Shown here one piece after another: positions 1 to 10,520 of a stretch of DNA of 64,000 nt. Below the pieces are notes generated by a model, which searched no databases, was not told the DNA's origin, and saw only the letters and a list, made by a program, of their open reading frames with translations. The position numbers and the translations under genes are program-made. The stretch spans positions 496,001 through 560,000 of the forward strand of contig CAKKNE010000006.1 in NCBI GenBank assembly GCA_918797485.1. Reading direction: 5' to 3'. The DNA is from Pelagomonas calceolata. Lineage: Eukaryota. Position 1 is the stretch's first letter; every line of letters starts with the position of its first letter.

Positions 1-445
1 CAGTGATTTGTGCATGCAGCACTGGCTGTGGCGAGGCTGTGGCGAGTGGTGGTGGCTGAGTTGAGAGGCTCCCTGGGTCGCAGCGGTGCGCCCTTGTGTC
101 GCAGCCGTGCGTACCACCTCCTGGCGTGCAGGGGAGAACCCTGTGGAATTCTAGAGCTGCGCTGACGGCGTGTCTTATGCAAACAAGCGAGTGGGCTGGC
201 CGAGTGCGCTAGCGTCCAGTAAGACACTAAGCAAGCGCTCAAGCAAGCTCAGCTCGCGCACGGAGCCGCTGCTGCGCCTGGCGACCTTTTGACAGCCGCA
301 TCGGTCACTCTACTTATCGCTCGCCAGCCTTGGTTGGAGACCGCGTATTTTAGGCCGCCCTAGTCACCGCGTACACTCAAAGCCGCCGGAGGCCGCAGAC
401 GCGCCGACAGCGCAACCGCGCGCACCCAGCAGCAAAGCAGGAACG

Positions 446-1510
446 ATGCGCCCCCTGAAAGACCGCGGCCGGCCCTGGACGCTCCGCGACGTCGGTAGCA
501 CATATGACTACGAAAAGACCGTCGGCGAAGGTGTTTATGGGGAAGTCTTCCAAGCGACGGAAAAGCTCACGAAGGACGCGCGAGCTTTGAAACGCGTCAA
601 GACGGACAACGCCACGGAGCGCGAAGGCTTCCCCATCACCGCTTTGCGCGAGGCGAACGTCCTCAAAAGGCTAGCTCATGAGAACGTCGTCACGTTGCAT
701 GAAGTGCTCACGGACGGCGACGGTGGAGTTATAAGCTCGTTCGAGTTCTGCGCCCATGATCTGGCTGGACTCATTGAATCCCCAAAGATGAATCTGCTGA
801 TCAAGCGGCCGGCTCGAGTTCGCAGCTTAGCGAGGCAGCTCTTCGCGGGGATCGATCACGCCCACGCGCATGGCGTGTTGCACAGAGACATAAAAGCGGC
901 GAACTTACTGGTCACAAAAGATGGTGTACTTAAGATAGCTGATTGGGGCCTCGCGAGGACCTATGAAAGTGACTCAAAATTGACGAATCGCGTCGCGACG
1001 CTCTGGTACCGGGCGCCCGAGCTGTTGCTGGGGGCGACGCGCTGTAGTGATGGCTACGGGCCCGCGCTGGATGCCTGGTCCTGCGGATGTCTCGTCGCGG
1101 AGTTATTGAGAGGAGCACCAATTCTACCAGGGAATACTGAGATCGAGCAGGTGGACCTCATCTTTGCGCTCTGTGGGTCTCCCACCACCGACACGTGGCC
1201 GGGCGGCCCGAATTTACCGCTCTGGGATACCTTCTGTAATGTAGATGAGGATGATTCGTCTGTCAAAGAAAGAACGCTGCGGGAGCGCTTCTCGGCGTTC
1301 GATGCGGAAGCGCTGGATTTGGTCGATGCCATCCTCCAATGTGATCCGTCTTCTCGACTATCGGCGTCGGACGCGCTGCAGCGGCCCTACTGTCGGGACG
1401 CGCCCCGCCCTTCTGAGCTCGAGCCTTTGGACGGCGAGTCTTCCTTAGAACTCGAGGTGCGGAAGCGTCGGCGCGAAAAGAAAGGTAGTGGCGAGGCGCG
1501 TAAGTCATAG
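446..1510 (+). CDS. Cyclin-dependent kinase, CDK9/CDKC (PITALRE) type
   Basis: GEGVYG Gly-loop, EGFPITALRE cyclin-binding helix, HRDIKAANLL catalytic loop, DWG in place of DFG, TLWYRAPELL. Confidence 0.9.
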   Translation: MRPLKDRGRPWTLRDVGSTYDYEKTVGEGVYGEVFQATEKLTKDARALKRVKTDNATEREGFPITALREANVLKRLAHENVVTLHEVLTDGDGGVISSFEFCAHDLAGLIESPKMNLLIKRPARVRSLARQLFAGIDHAHAHGVLHRDIKAANLLVTKDGVLKIADWGLARTYESDSKLTNRVATLWYRAPELLLGATRCSDGYGPALDAWSCGCLVAELLRGAPILPGNTEIEQVDLIFALCGSPTTDTWPGGPNLPLWDTFCNVDEDDSSVKERTLRERFSAFDAEALDLVDAILQCDPSSRLSASDALQRPYCRDAPRPSELEPLDGESSLELEVRKRRREKKGSGEARKS

Positions 1511-1565
1511 TTCAGTTTTACACAGTTCGCGAACGTCCACGCCATCGAGCAGAGGGAAAGGGGAG

Positions 1566-2114
1566 TCACAGCTGGGCGTTGCAGAGCGGGCACGTCGGCC
1601 GCTTGCCCCTGCCCGCGCTCAACAACGCCCACCGGTCGATGCACTCGACGTGGAAGCAGTGGCCGCACCTCGGTAAGACGCGGTAGACGTCGTCGCTCTC
1701 CCAGGTCTCGCTGCAGATCGCGCAGCAATCAAAACGGTCCGCGAACGCTTTTTCCAGATCTCGGCGCTCGAGGCACGCGCGGGCCTTCGAGCCGAGGCGC
1801 CGTCTCAACTCGGCGACCGACAGGTGGCGCGGCTCTTTGTAAATTTCCGTGCGCATCTTGCGCACGCGCTCGACCGCTTGCGCGAAGGCTCTCTCATCTC
1901 TAGGTGGTGGCCGCGGCGGCGGCGCCGTCGCCGCGGTCCTCAAGGACTCGAGGATGGTTGGTGCGGCGACGGCCGCTATGACGAGGCCGCACGTGAGCAA
2001 CGGTACCAAATGCTCGGGCGCGCCTCTTTGTAAGAGCATGAGGCCCGCGCTCACGGCGACGGAGACGAGCGCGCCCTGGGCGCCGTTGCCGCCGGCGTAG
2101 AAGAAGAAGACCAT
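1566..2114 (-). CDS. Membrane-anchored RING-H2 E3 ligase-like protein
   Basis: Two N-terminal hydrophobic segments; C-terminal CAIC...CGHCFHVEC...CPLC (C3H2C3). Confidence 0.8.
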   Translation of the reverse strand: MVFFFYAGGNGAQGALVSVAVSAGLMLLQRGAPEHLVPLLTCGLVIAAVAAPTILESLRTAATAPPPRPPPRDERAFAQAVERVRKMRTEIYKEPRHLSVAELRRRLGSKARACLERRDLEKAFADRFDCCAICSETWESDDVYRVLPRCGHCFHVECIDRWALLSAGRGKRPTCPLCNAQL

Positions 2115-2617
2115 CGGCGCGACTCGTCCTCGCGACGACCGTCCGGAGAGGCGCCACGCCCGGCGTTACCGTGCGCAGTTGTCGCCAGACGCTGCGGCCG
2201 TCGCCCTCGTCGACGATGAGACGCGTTTTCGGCGCGCGGGCGGCTGTTGGCTGGGCCGCTCTCCTTGGCACTATGTTCTCACAGCCGTGCGGGCGAACTC
2301 GCGGCCCTTGTAGAGCCTCTGACACTCTTTTGTGGTTGTCACGAGCTCGTGAGAGGTCTCTGCTGGTGCGTTGGCGCTTAGCAGCTCCAGAGCATTTTGC
2401 TGCAGGCAGAGCTGCCTGCTGGGCGACATCGCATTTACGGCTCTTAACAACCGCACTGCTCTATTATCGCTCGACCTGTGCCGTGCATCAACACCAGGGA
2501 ACCGCCGCGCAACTCTGCAACGGAAAGCAGAGCACTCGCGCGCGCCGCAGCCGCACAAAAGCAGCACTTGGGACCAGCACCTAAATCGCGCCGCCGACGC
2601 GCCTCACAAAGACAGCG

Positions 2618-5066
2618 ATGGGCAAGAAGACCGGCGGCTTCCAGGCCTTGGGCCTAGATGCGCAGCTCCTCAAGGGCGTCCTCGGCATGTATTCGCAACC
2701 GACGCCCGTGCAGCGCGCCGTCCTGCCCGCGGCTCTGGAAGGCCGCGACGTCGCCTGCATGGCACGAACCGGAGCCGGCAAGACCGCGGCCTTCTTGATA
2801 CCGCTACTGCAGCACGTGACGCGATCGAGGCGGAAGGACGAGCCCCCCTCCGCGACTGTCCTGTCGCCGACGCGCGAGCTCGCCCTGCAGACGTACAAGT
2901 TCAGTACAAAAATGGCCAAGTTCTGCGTCGGCGTTGACGGCGAACGCTTCTCCCAAACACCGTTGGTCGGTGGTGAAAGCATCGAGGGCCAGTTCAACGC
3001 CCTGGCGAAGCGACCGGCAGTCCTCCACGCGACGCCGGGCCGACTCGCGCACTTGCTCGAAGAAGCGCCGGCTTCTCTCATCACGCTATCAGCATGTAGA
3101 CTGGCGGTCTTCGACGAGGCGGATCGGCTGTTCGAGATGGGCTTTGCGTTACAACTCCAACAGTTGTTGCGGGCGATGGCTCCATCTAGACAAACTTTAC
3201 TATTTAGTGCCACGATGCCGCGGGCCCTGGCGCAGTTCGCGCGCGCTGGTTTAAAAGATGACGTCGCTCTCATTCGATTAGAACAGGAGACGAAGCTGTC
3301 CGACACGCTGCGAGTGGCCTTCTTCCTGACGAGACCTAGAGATAAAGTGGCCGCATTCTGCGCTTGTCTGAAGTTAGTGGTACCCGACCCGTCGAAACTG
3401 ACCATCGTCTTTGTCGCAACTCGCCACCATGCGGAACTTTTATTAGCTTTATGCAGGGTGGTGTTTCCCGAGAGAAAAGCCCATGCTATATATGGTACTT
3501 TGGACCAGCAAGCTCGCACGGACCACCTCAAGGCCTTCCGCAAGGGCGACGCGCCGTTACTCATTGTCACTGATGTTGCTGCAAGGGGTCTAGACGTCCC
3601 GCTCGTCGATGCAGTCATAAATTACGACGCGCCCGCGGCCGCGCGACTCTTCGTCCATCGGTGCGGGCGGGCCGCGCGGCAGGGGCGGCCGGGCTTGGCC
3701 GCTACGCTCGTGGAGCCCGACGAGCTGCCGTACGTCGTGGACTTGCACCGGTTTTTGGATCGGGAGCCCTCGGACGACTCCGAACCGTATTCGGTCAAGG
3801 AGTGGACTCCCCAACAGGTGCACTACGGCCAGATTCCGCGGGAAGTACTAGATGCAGAATTATCAGTACTGGAGAACGCTAGAAAGGACGACTCGTCGCT
3901 ACCAGCGCTCGAGAAAGTGGCTTCGAACGCCAGTCAACAGTACAAGCGGTCTAGGCCCTCGGCGTCGAAGAAGGCCGCGCAGGGTGCCAAATTGCTACGA
4001 ACGTCCGAACCGCACCCGTTGTTCAATACCGGCAGCTCAGACGCTTTACGGAGGGCCATTTCCGGCTACCGGCCGCCCCAGTCCATCCTCGAGCTCAAGT
4101 CCAAAGATGAGTCGCTGGGTGCCGCTGCCAAGGACTTCCGCGCGAAGATCGACCGGAAAAAGGCCCTCGAGGAGCGGCGCTTGCCAGTGCATAAATCAAA
4201 TTGTCGCGGCGCGTCTCCGCCACTGCTGAATCATGATCTCCACGCCATCGACGCGACGCCTGCTCGATGGCGTGGCAATGGGAGTCTCAAACCACTCGAT
4301 TCGGTCAGCACCCGGACTCACTGGTTGATTTATGCGCAGGCGTTTGCAAGCCGCCGAGGCCGCCGCCGAGGCCGCCGCCGCCGACGACGACGACGACGAC
4401 GAGGAGGCCGCGCCCGCACCACCGCCGCCCCCGCCACCCGTGGAGCGCAAGCGTCGATTATCAAAGGCCGAACGGCGCGCGCTCAAGACCGGCCAGGCAC
4501 CGCGCGTAGTGCCAAAGAAAGCCAGTACGTCCTTCAAAGATTCCACATATATACAATATGGAGACGCGCGCCAGGAGGAGCTGGATCATTTACTGAATGA
4601 CGCGAGGAGGGACGACAGTGCCGCGGGCGCGGGATTGCAGATGCTGGAAGAGGCGTTGCTCGATGTGGCGCCCGACGAGGCCTTAGATATGTTGAAAAGG
4701 AAGTCCATGCACAAGTGGGACGCGCGCAAAAAAAAATATGTGCAGCAGAGCGTCTCGGAAATCATCGACACGCGCGGCAAGAAGCAGAAAAACGAGTCCG
4801 GCCAGGACGTGAAGAAGGGCGCGACGCGGGGCGAGCTCTACCGGAAGTGGCGCGAGCGCAAAGGTGCTGACGGGGAGAAGGTCGACTACCGCGGGGCCAA
4901 GGGTTCTCGCGGCAAGGCGAAGAAGAAGGCTCCCTCTACTGCAAGGCCGGTGAAGGATGAAGTGAGAAATGCGGCGCAGATCGCCAAGCAACGTAGGGAG
5001 AAGCGCGACCTGGCGCTGAAAAATTTACCGAAAGCTAAACGGCGCGCCCTGACGCATAAGAAGTAG
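2618..5066 (+). CDS. DDX54: DEAD-box RNA helicase DDX54/Dbp10 (2 exons: 2618-4176, 4340-5066)
   Basis: ARTGAGKT, SPTRELA, DEAD, SAT, HRCGRAAR; C-terminal KWDARKKKYV and ELYRKW typical of DBP10. Removing a GC-AG intron at 4177-4339 joins the two ORFs in frame. Confidence 0.9.
4177..4339 (+). mobile_element. Introner element forming a GC-AG intron in DDX54
   Basis: TSD GCGCTTGC (4177-4184) / GCGTTTGC (4340-4347); TIRs CAGTGCATAAATCAA ... TTGATTTATGCGCAG; internal hairpin CACGCCATCGA (4241-4251) / TCGATGGCGTG (4264-4274); splicing restores the frame. Confidence 0.9.
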
Positions 5067-5136
5067 TGTTTGTTATCCAGACGCCACCGCCGCGATCGAA
5101 GAGAGATAGACTAGTATTTTTTTACAGCCGCTACAT

Positions 5137-5448
5137 CTAGCGGCGGAAGCGCGGCGGCGGGTCGCGGTTGCGCCGGTCCGTGCGCGACCGGGAGCGCACG
5201 ATGCGCTGGTGGACGGCGGCCTCGATGCAGTAGTACTGCTTGATGTAGATTTTGGGTAAGGCGTACGTCTCGAAGGCGGACGCGTCGCGGATGTCGCGCA
5301 TGGAGGAGGCGTCGACGATGTTGCGGACAATAAAGCGCTTGATGGCCTTGTCCTTGGGGATGGCCTTGCCCGTCGACGCGCAGCGCACGCGGTTGACGTG
5401 GCCGCGGCCTTTTTTGTTGCGGCCGTGCGACCGGCGCTTGACGGTCAT
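5137..5448 (-). CDS. RPS26: 40S ribosomal protein S26 (eS26)
   Basis: [18 protein letters not shown]...PKDKAIKRF...LPKIYIK, unmistakable eS26 sequence. Confidence 0.97.
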   Translation of the reverse strand: MTVKRRSHGRNKKGRGHVNRVRCASTGKAIPKDKAIKRFIVRNIVDASSMRDIRDASAFETYALPKIYIKQYYCIEAAVHQRIVRSRSRTDRRNRDPPPRFRR

Positions 5449-6206
5449 GTTTTTTTGTTGTTGACGACCTGTGTTGTAGTAGGGTGAGCGTCGATGGCGT
5501 CGCCGGCTGACGATGGTGTGTGGGCGTCGTGCTGCGACCGGCGCGGCGTCTCGCTCTGTCGAGCGGCCGCCGGTGCGGCGCCTCGCTCGATCGCGCGGCG
5601 CGGCCTCGCTGGCGCGCGAGCGTGCCGCAGCTGCCGGCCGCGGCGGCTCGCAAGCTACTGTTGGGTGCCACGGCGCGGCGCCGGGCGTCCCGCGAGCGCT
5701 TTTGAGCCGCCGGCGGCTGCTCGCTGCACAGGTCCCACAGGGATCGCTGCTCGCCGAGATTTTGCAACCAGCCTCGCTGCGGCACAGATGGAGACCTCGT
5801 AGCTTCCTTTTGTAGCGTGGACGCGTGAACGGACGCAGCGGCGGACGTGTAAAGCCTATTCGCTTTTAATTGAGCCGGCGATGGCCACTAAAAACGCTAA
5901 AAATCCGCTCGTCGAAACGGGGCAGTAACGTATTGCTCCATGCCTGCAAGGATGGCTCGCGACGCATGGACGAAAAATTCGAGGCTCTGATCGGCCGGTT
6001 TGCCACAGCGTGCCGGCGCTGGCATTGGGCAGCCGCGTGCGCCGAAGCGGTGGTGAAGTAGGGCCGCTGGGACGCCGGCGACGCGGCACGGCCACGGTTG
6101 CGCCCGCGCCGCGACTCCTGCGGCAGCGAGACCGCTTGGACCACTGCCCAAGCAAGCACCCTGCCCAAGCACCCAACGACAAGCCGCCGACGCACGGCTA
6201 AGAAGG

Positions 6207-8963
6207 ATGGCCGAGAACGCCTTCGCCCTCACGGCGGACGGTATCGAATTGAACGAATTTGGGAAATTAGATAAGGAGGACTGGGACTGGGGCCACCTGC
6301 AGCCCGGGCAATTTCGGTTCTGCTTTCTGCCGAGAACTCCACTCAGACGACCAGGGGACGGCGACGAGTCGAGCGACGTCTCCTCAGTATCGAGTGACGG
6401 CATGATGGACCAGATGGCCCACATCGCCGAGGAGGGCCTGCACGCGGCCGGTGCGGCCATGGGTGCGGCCGCGGGCGTCGTCGGCCATGCTGCTTACGAC
6501 GCCTCGGCCAAGGTCGGCCGGGCCATGGCCAACGACCTCTTCGGCGACGATGCTGATCAAGTAGTACATAATGTGGAAGTAGCGATCGAGGACGCGGAGC
6601 GCTACGCTGCCGAAAAGATGGACGAAGCTGCGCAAGCGCTGCATGCGGCCGAGGAGAAGGCTTCGGCCGTGTTGCACGCGGGCGAGGACCTCGCGAAGAA
6701 AGTGGGTGGTGAAGCGCTACATGCTGTGGGAGACGTCGGCGGCAAGGCGCTGCACCTGGCCGACGACGCCGCACAGGCGGTCGGTGCCGAGGTGATGAAG
6801 GATCTGGGGAAAGTTGGGGATGTCGTCGGTGGTCTCGGCACGGGCATGTTCAACAAGGCGAAAGGCTTGGTGGGCGTCGCGGGAAACGAGGAGCTCAAGC
6901 ACGCCACGGACGAGGACCTCGCGAAATCCAAGGCCCAGGCGGGTCTGCAACACGCTACTGAGGCAGACGACGACTCGATCTCCACCAAAATGACTGAAGA
7001 GGGCGTCGCCGAGGCCAAGGACGAAGAACCAGAGAAGAAGAAGAAGCGCCGGTCCTGGTTCGGGTCTCGAGGGTCGCGGCCGTCGACGTCCGAGTCGCGA
7101 CCGGGCACCGGCGACAAGCCCAAACGGCGAAGTTTCCTCTCCCGTTTTTCCAGAGGGAGTCGCGCGTCGACGCCCGGCGAAGGCGACGAGAGGCCTCGGA
7201 GTCGGGACGACGACGACACGCACACCTATACCGAAACGATTGATGATACCGCCTTCGACGAGACGACGTTGGACACCGAGGTCAGTGACTCAGCGTGATT
7301 TCCAGCCTTTTCCAACTTCAACTTCGCGTCGATGGCGTCAACGCGGTGCCACACCGCCGTGACGCCATCTTCATGATCATCAGAGAGTCTACGCGTCGCG
7401 TGCGGGAGCCGCGGCCGTGTCGCGACGCTGTCGTTCGACACAGGCCTACGAGCTGCGCGAGCGCGACCGGAAGCGGGCGAAAAAGGCCATAAAAGACGCT
7501 CGGGAGTGGCTCAAGGACCCGACGCCGCTCTGGGCGCGGACGACGAACTGGCGGTTTGATATCTGTGTGGGAATCACGCCACGCCGTCGACGCGGTGCGT
7601 CGAGTCGCGATCTCGCCCGAAATGCGCTCAAATCGAAAATGAGACCACCCACGGCCTCGTCTGACGGAGGCGAGTCGCGTCGATGGCGTAGGACGCCACA
7701 GTCACCGGTCGATGTCCACGCAGGTTGATGCTCAAGGGGCCCCTCAAGGAACCGCTCGCGCTGCCGACGAAGGACGCGGCGAACGAACCTATAGTGTATC
7801 CGAAGCCTATTGAAGAATTTGAGGGTATCCGATCACTCATCGAGAATGTGGTAGCGTTCCTGAACCCTCGGTCGATCGGCCGAGCGGTCCGACTCGGGAG
7901 GCGATGGGCGGAAGTGGGTTATGACGAGCCGCTCTACTACTGTTTAGTACAAGTCGGCCAACCGAGTGTGACGATCTACGCGTTTCAAGCTCGAGTTGAT
8001 GCGGTGGTCCACACGGGCGAGGCGATCCTCGCGAGCGGCGACAAGGGCGTGAGTGCGTTCCACGTCGACACGGGCGAGTTTTTAGGGAAGACGTCGATCC
8101 GAGATACCTCCGCAATACCTACCTTGTTTATTACGGGCCACTCGCTCTGGACTTGTAGTCGCAACGGGGCCATCCGGGAATGGAGTTTACCACATGACGT
8201 GCGCAATATTGAATTCAGAGCGCAAATGTGGGAGCACAACGCCGAGGTCAACGACCTGACCTGGACGCGGAACAACCCGATGTTTGGGGGTTCGGCCACG
8301 GAGCATCCGCGGCTCGTGTCGTGTTCCGACGACCGCTCGGTAAGGGTCTGGGACCCCGACACGCACTGTTCCACGGCGGTGCTGAATCCCTTTTCTCACC
8401 GAAGTGCGACGATGCGGTCCGTGTACGTCTCGCAGGAGCATCTTTATGTTGGGGGTTCCGATGGCACGGTTTATGTGTACTCCGTGGACGGCTCGACGCG
8501 ATCCCTACGGAACAGGGAGAAGAAAAGAGTGGGATTGGAGCTCATCTACCCCCTGGAGACGGAGCTGAAGTCCGGGGACGACGTCGTCGGTGCGATGGCG
8601 ATCGCTCATGAGAGGACTGACATGTCTCGGTTGTTCGTGACGTCCTGGTCCGGTACGGTATATGTCTGGAAAATTCCGAAAGAGGATCTGGACTATGTGT
8701 TGATCCATGAGATCCGGCACCATACTCGTAGAATCAACGACGTGTTGATAACGCGGGCGCACTTCCTGACCTGTTCCGATGACGGTACGATACGGTATTA
8801 TGGACTGTGTCACGGTGACCAGTACGAGAAGGCCTTGGAGAGGGTTGTTGATTGCGGGTCTCGGGTCAAATGTATTCATGTGACGCCAGGCGACCCGGGA
8901 GTGGTCGTGGCCGGTTTAGCTGATGGACGGGTCCTGGTCTACGAGCTGGGGAACATCATGTAA
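6207..8963 (+). CDS. WD40-repeat protein with a long acidic/Ala-rich N-terminus (3 exons: 6207-7280, 7444-7553, 7724-8963)
   Basis: WD repeats (HNAEVNDL...SCSDDRSVRVWD; HTRRINDV...TCSDDGTIRYY); two introns join three ORFs in frame. The first donor could alternatively be the GC at 7293. Confidence 0.75.
7281..7443 (+). mobile_element. Older introner-derived intron
   Basis: GTCAGT...ACACAG, phase 0; contains CGCGTCGATGGCGT and TCATGATCATCAGAGAGT, the latter shared with intron 24031-24124; no recognisable TSD. Confidence 0.7.
7554..7723 (+). mobile_element. Introner-derived GT-AG intron
   Basis: GTTTGATAT|CTGTGTGGGAATC ... GATGTCCACGCAG|GTTGATGC (degenerate TSD plus TIRs); core motif GTCGCGTCGATGGCGT; restores frame W-R-L-M-L-K. 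Confidence 0.85.
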
Positions 8964-9151
8964 GTTACTTTGTTTGTTCGATGGCGTGGGGGGGGTGGCA
9001 AGTCGTCGTGGCGACGGCGTGCTTGCAGCCACGCGCCGCGGTTCCAAGTCCGTGCGGCGGGCACGCCTCGGCGGCATACTCAAGTCTCACGCCATCGAGC
9101 AGACTCGGACGCCAGAAAATGCAAGTAGATATATCCCACTTACTCGTGCAA

Positions 9152-10093
9152 CTAGCGGTTCGCCGTCAGGTTCGACGCGTAACTGACCCGTTCCTTCGTG
9201 TCCTGCGCGAGCGCCTTGCCGTAGCCCGACGTGTAGCCCGACGACAGGCCGCCCTCGCCGCCACCACCGGCGTCGGGCTTCGGCGCGGACGGCTTCGCCC
9301 ACTCGATCTTGAGGATCAGGTGGTCGTAGCCGTGGCCCTGGAGCGCGCCCATGGCGCGTTCGGCATCTTGGCGATGCACAAACGACACGAAGGCGAAGCC
9401 GCGCGAGATCATCGTTTCTCTGTCTTTCGCTAGATAGATTCTAGCTATACGACCATAAGGAGCGAACAGCACCTGTAAATCTGCCTCGGTCGTCTCTTCC
9501 GAAATGTTCGTCACTCGCAGCGACGACTGATCCCTATCATCATATTGGGGCATCGCCGCCATGCGCGCCAACGCCGAGCCGGCCACCCCAGCGCCCGCTT
9601 GCCCGCGCATGGAAGGAGGCACATAGCTTGTACGCATGCCCGGCACGGCAGCGGGAGCAGCATCATCACCAGGAGGCATGCTGCCGCCCTCGCCCTCGAC
9701 GCCGTACTTCTGCTGGAGCTTGCGCCACATCTGTTTTTTGGCGAACTCGTTCATGCTCGCCTTGGCCGCGTTTTGCTGGGTATCGTTTTCGCCTCCTTCT
9801 TCTTCCAGTGTTACGCGCTCGTCGTTGTGGGCGACGATGGTCACGTTGCTATCATCTTTTTCTTGGCCGGCGATGCCGAAGCGGTTGTTTCTTAAACGTT
9901 GCACTCTGCCTTGGACAGCTTTGGATTCGCGCGTCTCGACGACTTTGACGAAGATTTCTTTGGTCGTCTTCACCTTCTGCTCCGCCGCGTTCCGCGACCA
10001 CTCGACGACGGTCTTAAAGCCTTTTTCATTCACGGCCGTCTCGGTGCGCGCGGGCAGGGCCTCCTCTTCATCATCGTCGTCGCCCCAGGCCAT
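9152..10093 (-). CDS. EIF3G: Translation initiation factor eIF3 subunit g
   Basis: N-terminal W-G-D-D, SYVPPSMR, C-terminal RRM (LRVTNISE, SRGFAFVSF, GYDHLILKIEWA); ATG at 10093. Confidence 0.95.
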   Translation of the reverse strand: MAWGDDDDEEEALPARTETAVNEKGFKTVVEWSRNAAEQKVKTTKEIFVKVVETRESKAVQGRVQRLRNNRFGIAGQEKDDSNVTIVAHNDERVTLEEEGGENDTQQNAAKASMNEFAKKQMWRKLQQKYGVEGEGGSMPPGDDAAPAAVPGMRTSYVPPSMRGQAGAGVAGSALARMAAMPQYDDRDQSSLRVTNISEETTEADLQVLFAPYGRIARIYLAKDRETMISRGFAFVSFVHRQDAERAMGALQGHGYDHLILKIEWAKPSAPKPDAGGGGEGGLSSGYTSGYGKALAQDTKERVSYASNLTANR

Positions 10094-10520
10094 GGCCGCT
10101 TCTTGTCTGCCGCGGCGGCGCTGGAGTGTAGGCGCAGCGCGTCGGAGCAGTCCTGCGGCTCCTCGCTGGACCCGGTGTGCTGGAGCGTCGAGCAAGCGGC
10201 CCAATCAAGCTGAATCGCCGGCAAGGCTGTGAGCTAGTGTGTCTGTCTACGCTAGGTCATGCCTTCAGGGGTAAGGAGGGGTCATCCATGAGTACTTCAT
10301 CGGCCAGGAGGAATCACGGGCTCATGCCTTTGCATAAAGTGCCAAAATAAAATGATGCATGCAATTGCTGAGACTGGGACACGGCAAAGCCATCAGCCAT
10401 GCATTGATGGTGCAGCGCCATCGCATCGCTGAGCAGCGGTAGCGACGCAGCGATCGGCAGCAAAAGCACACCGGCGGGCAGCACAGAGGCATCCCGAGCA
10501 CCTGTACAGCCGGCAACAAA

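Noticed and set aside
4177..4600. Frameshift or pseudogene interpretation of DDX54 (and the similar splits at 12386, 24056 and 53803)
   Set aside because: Each break is cleanly explained by a GT/GC-AG intron with introner hallmarks that restores the frame
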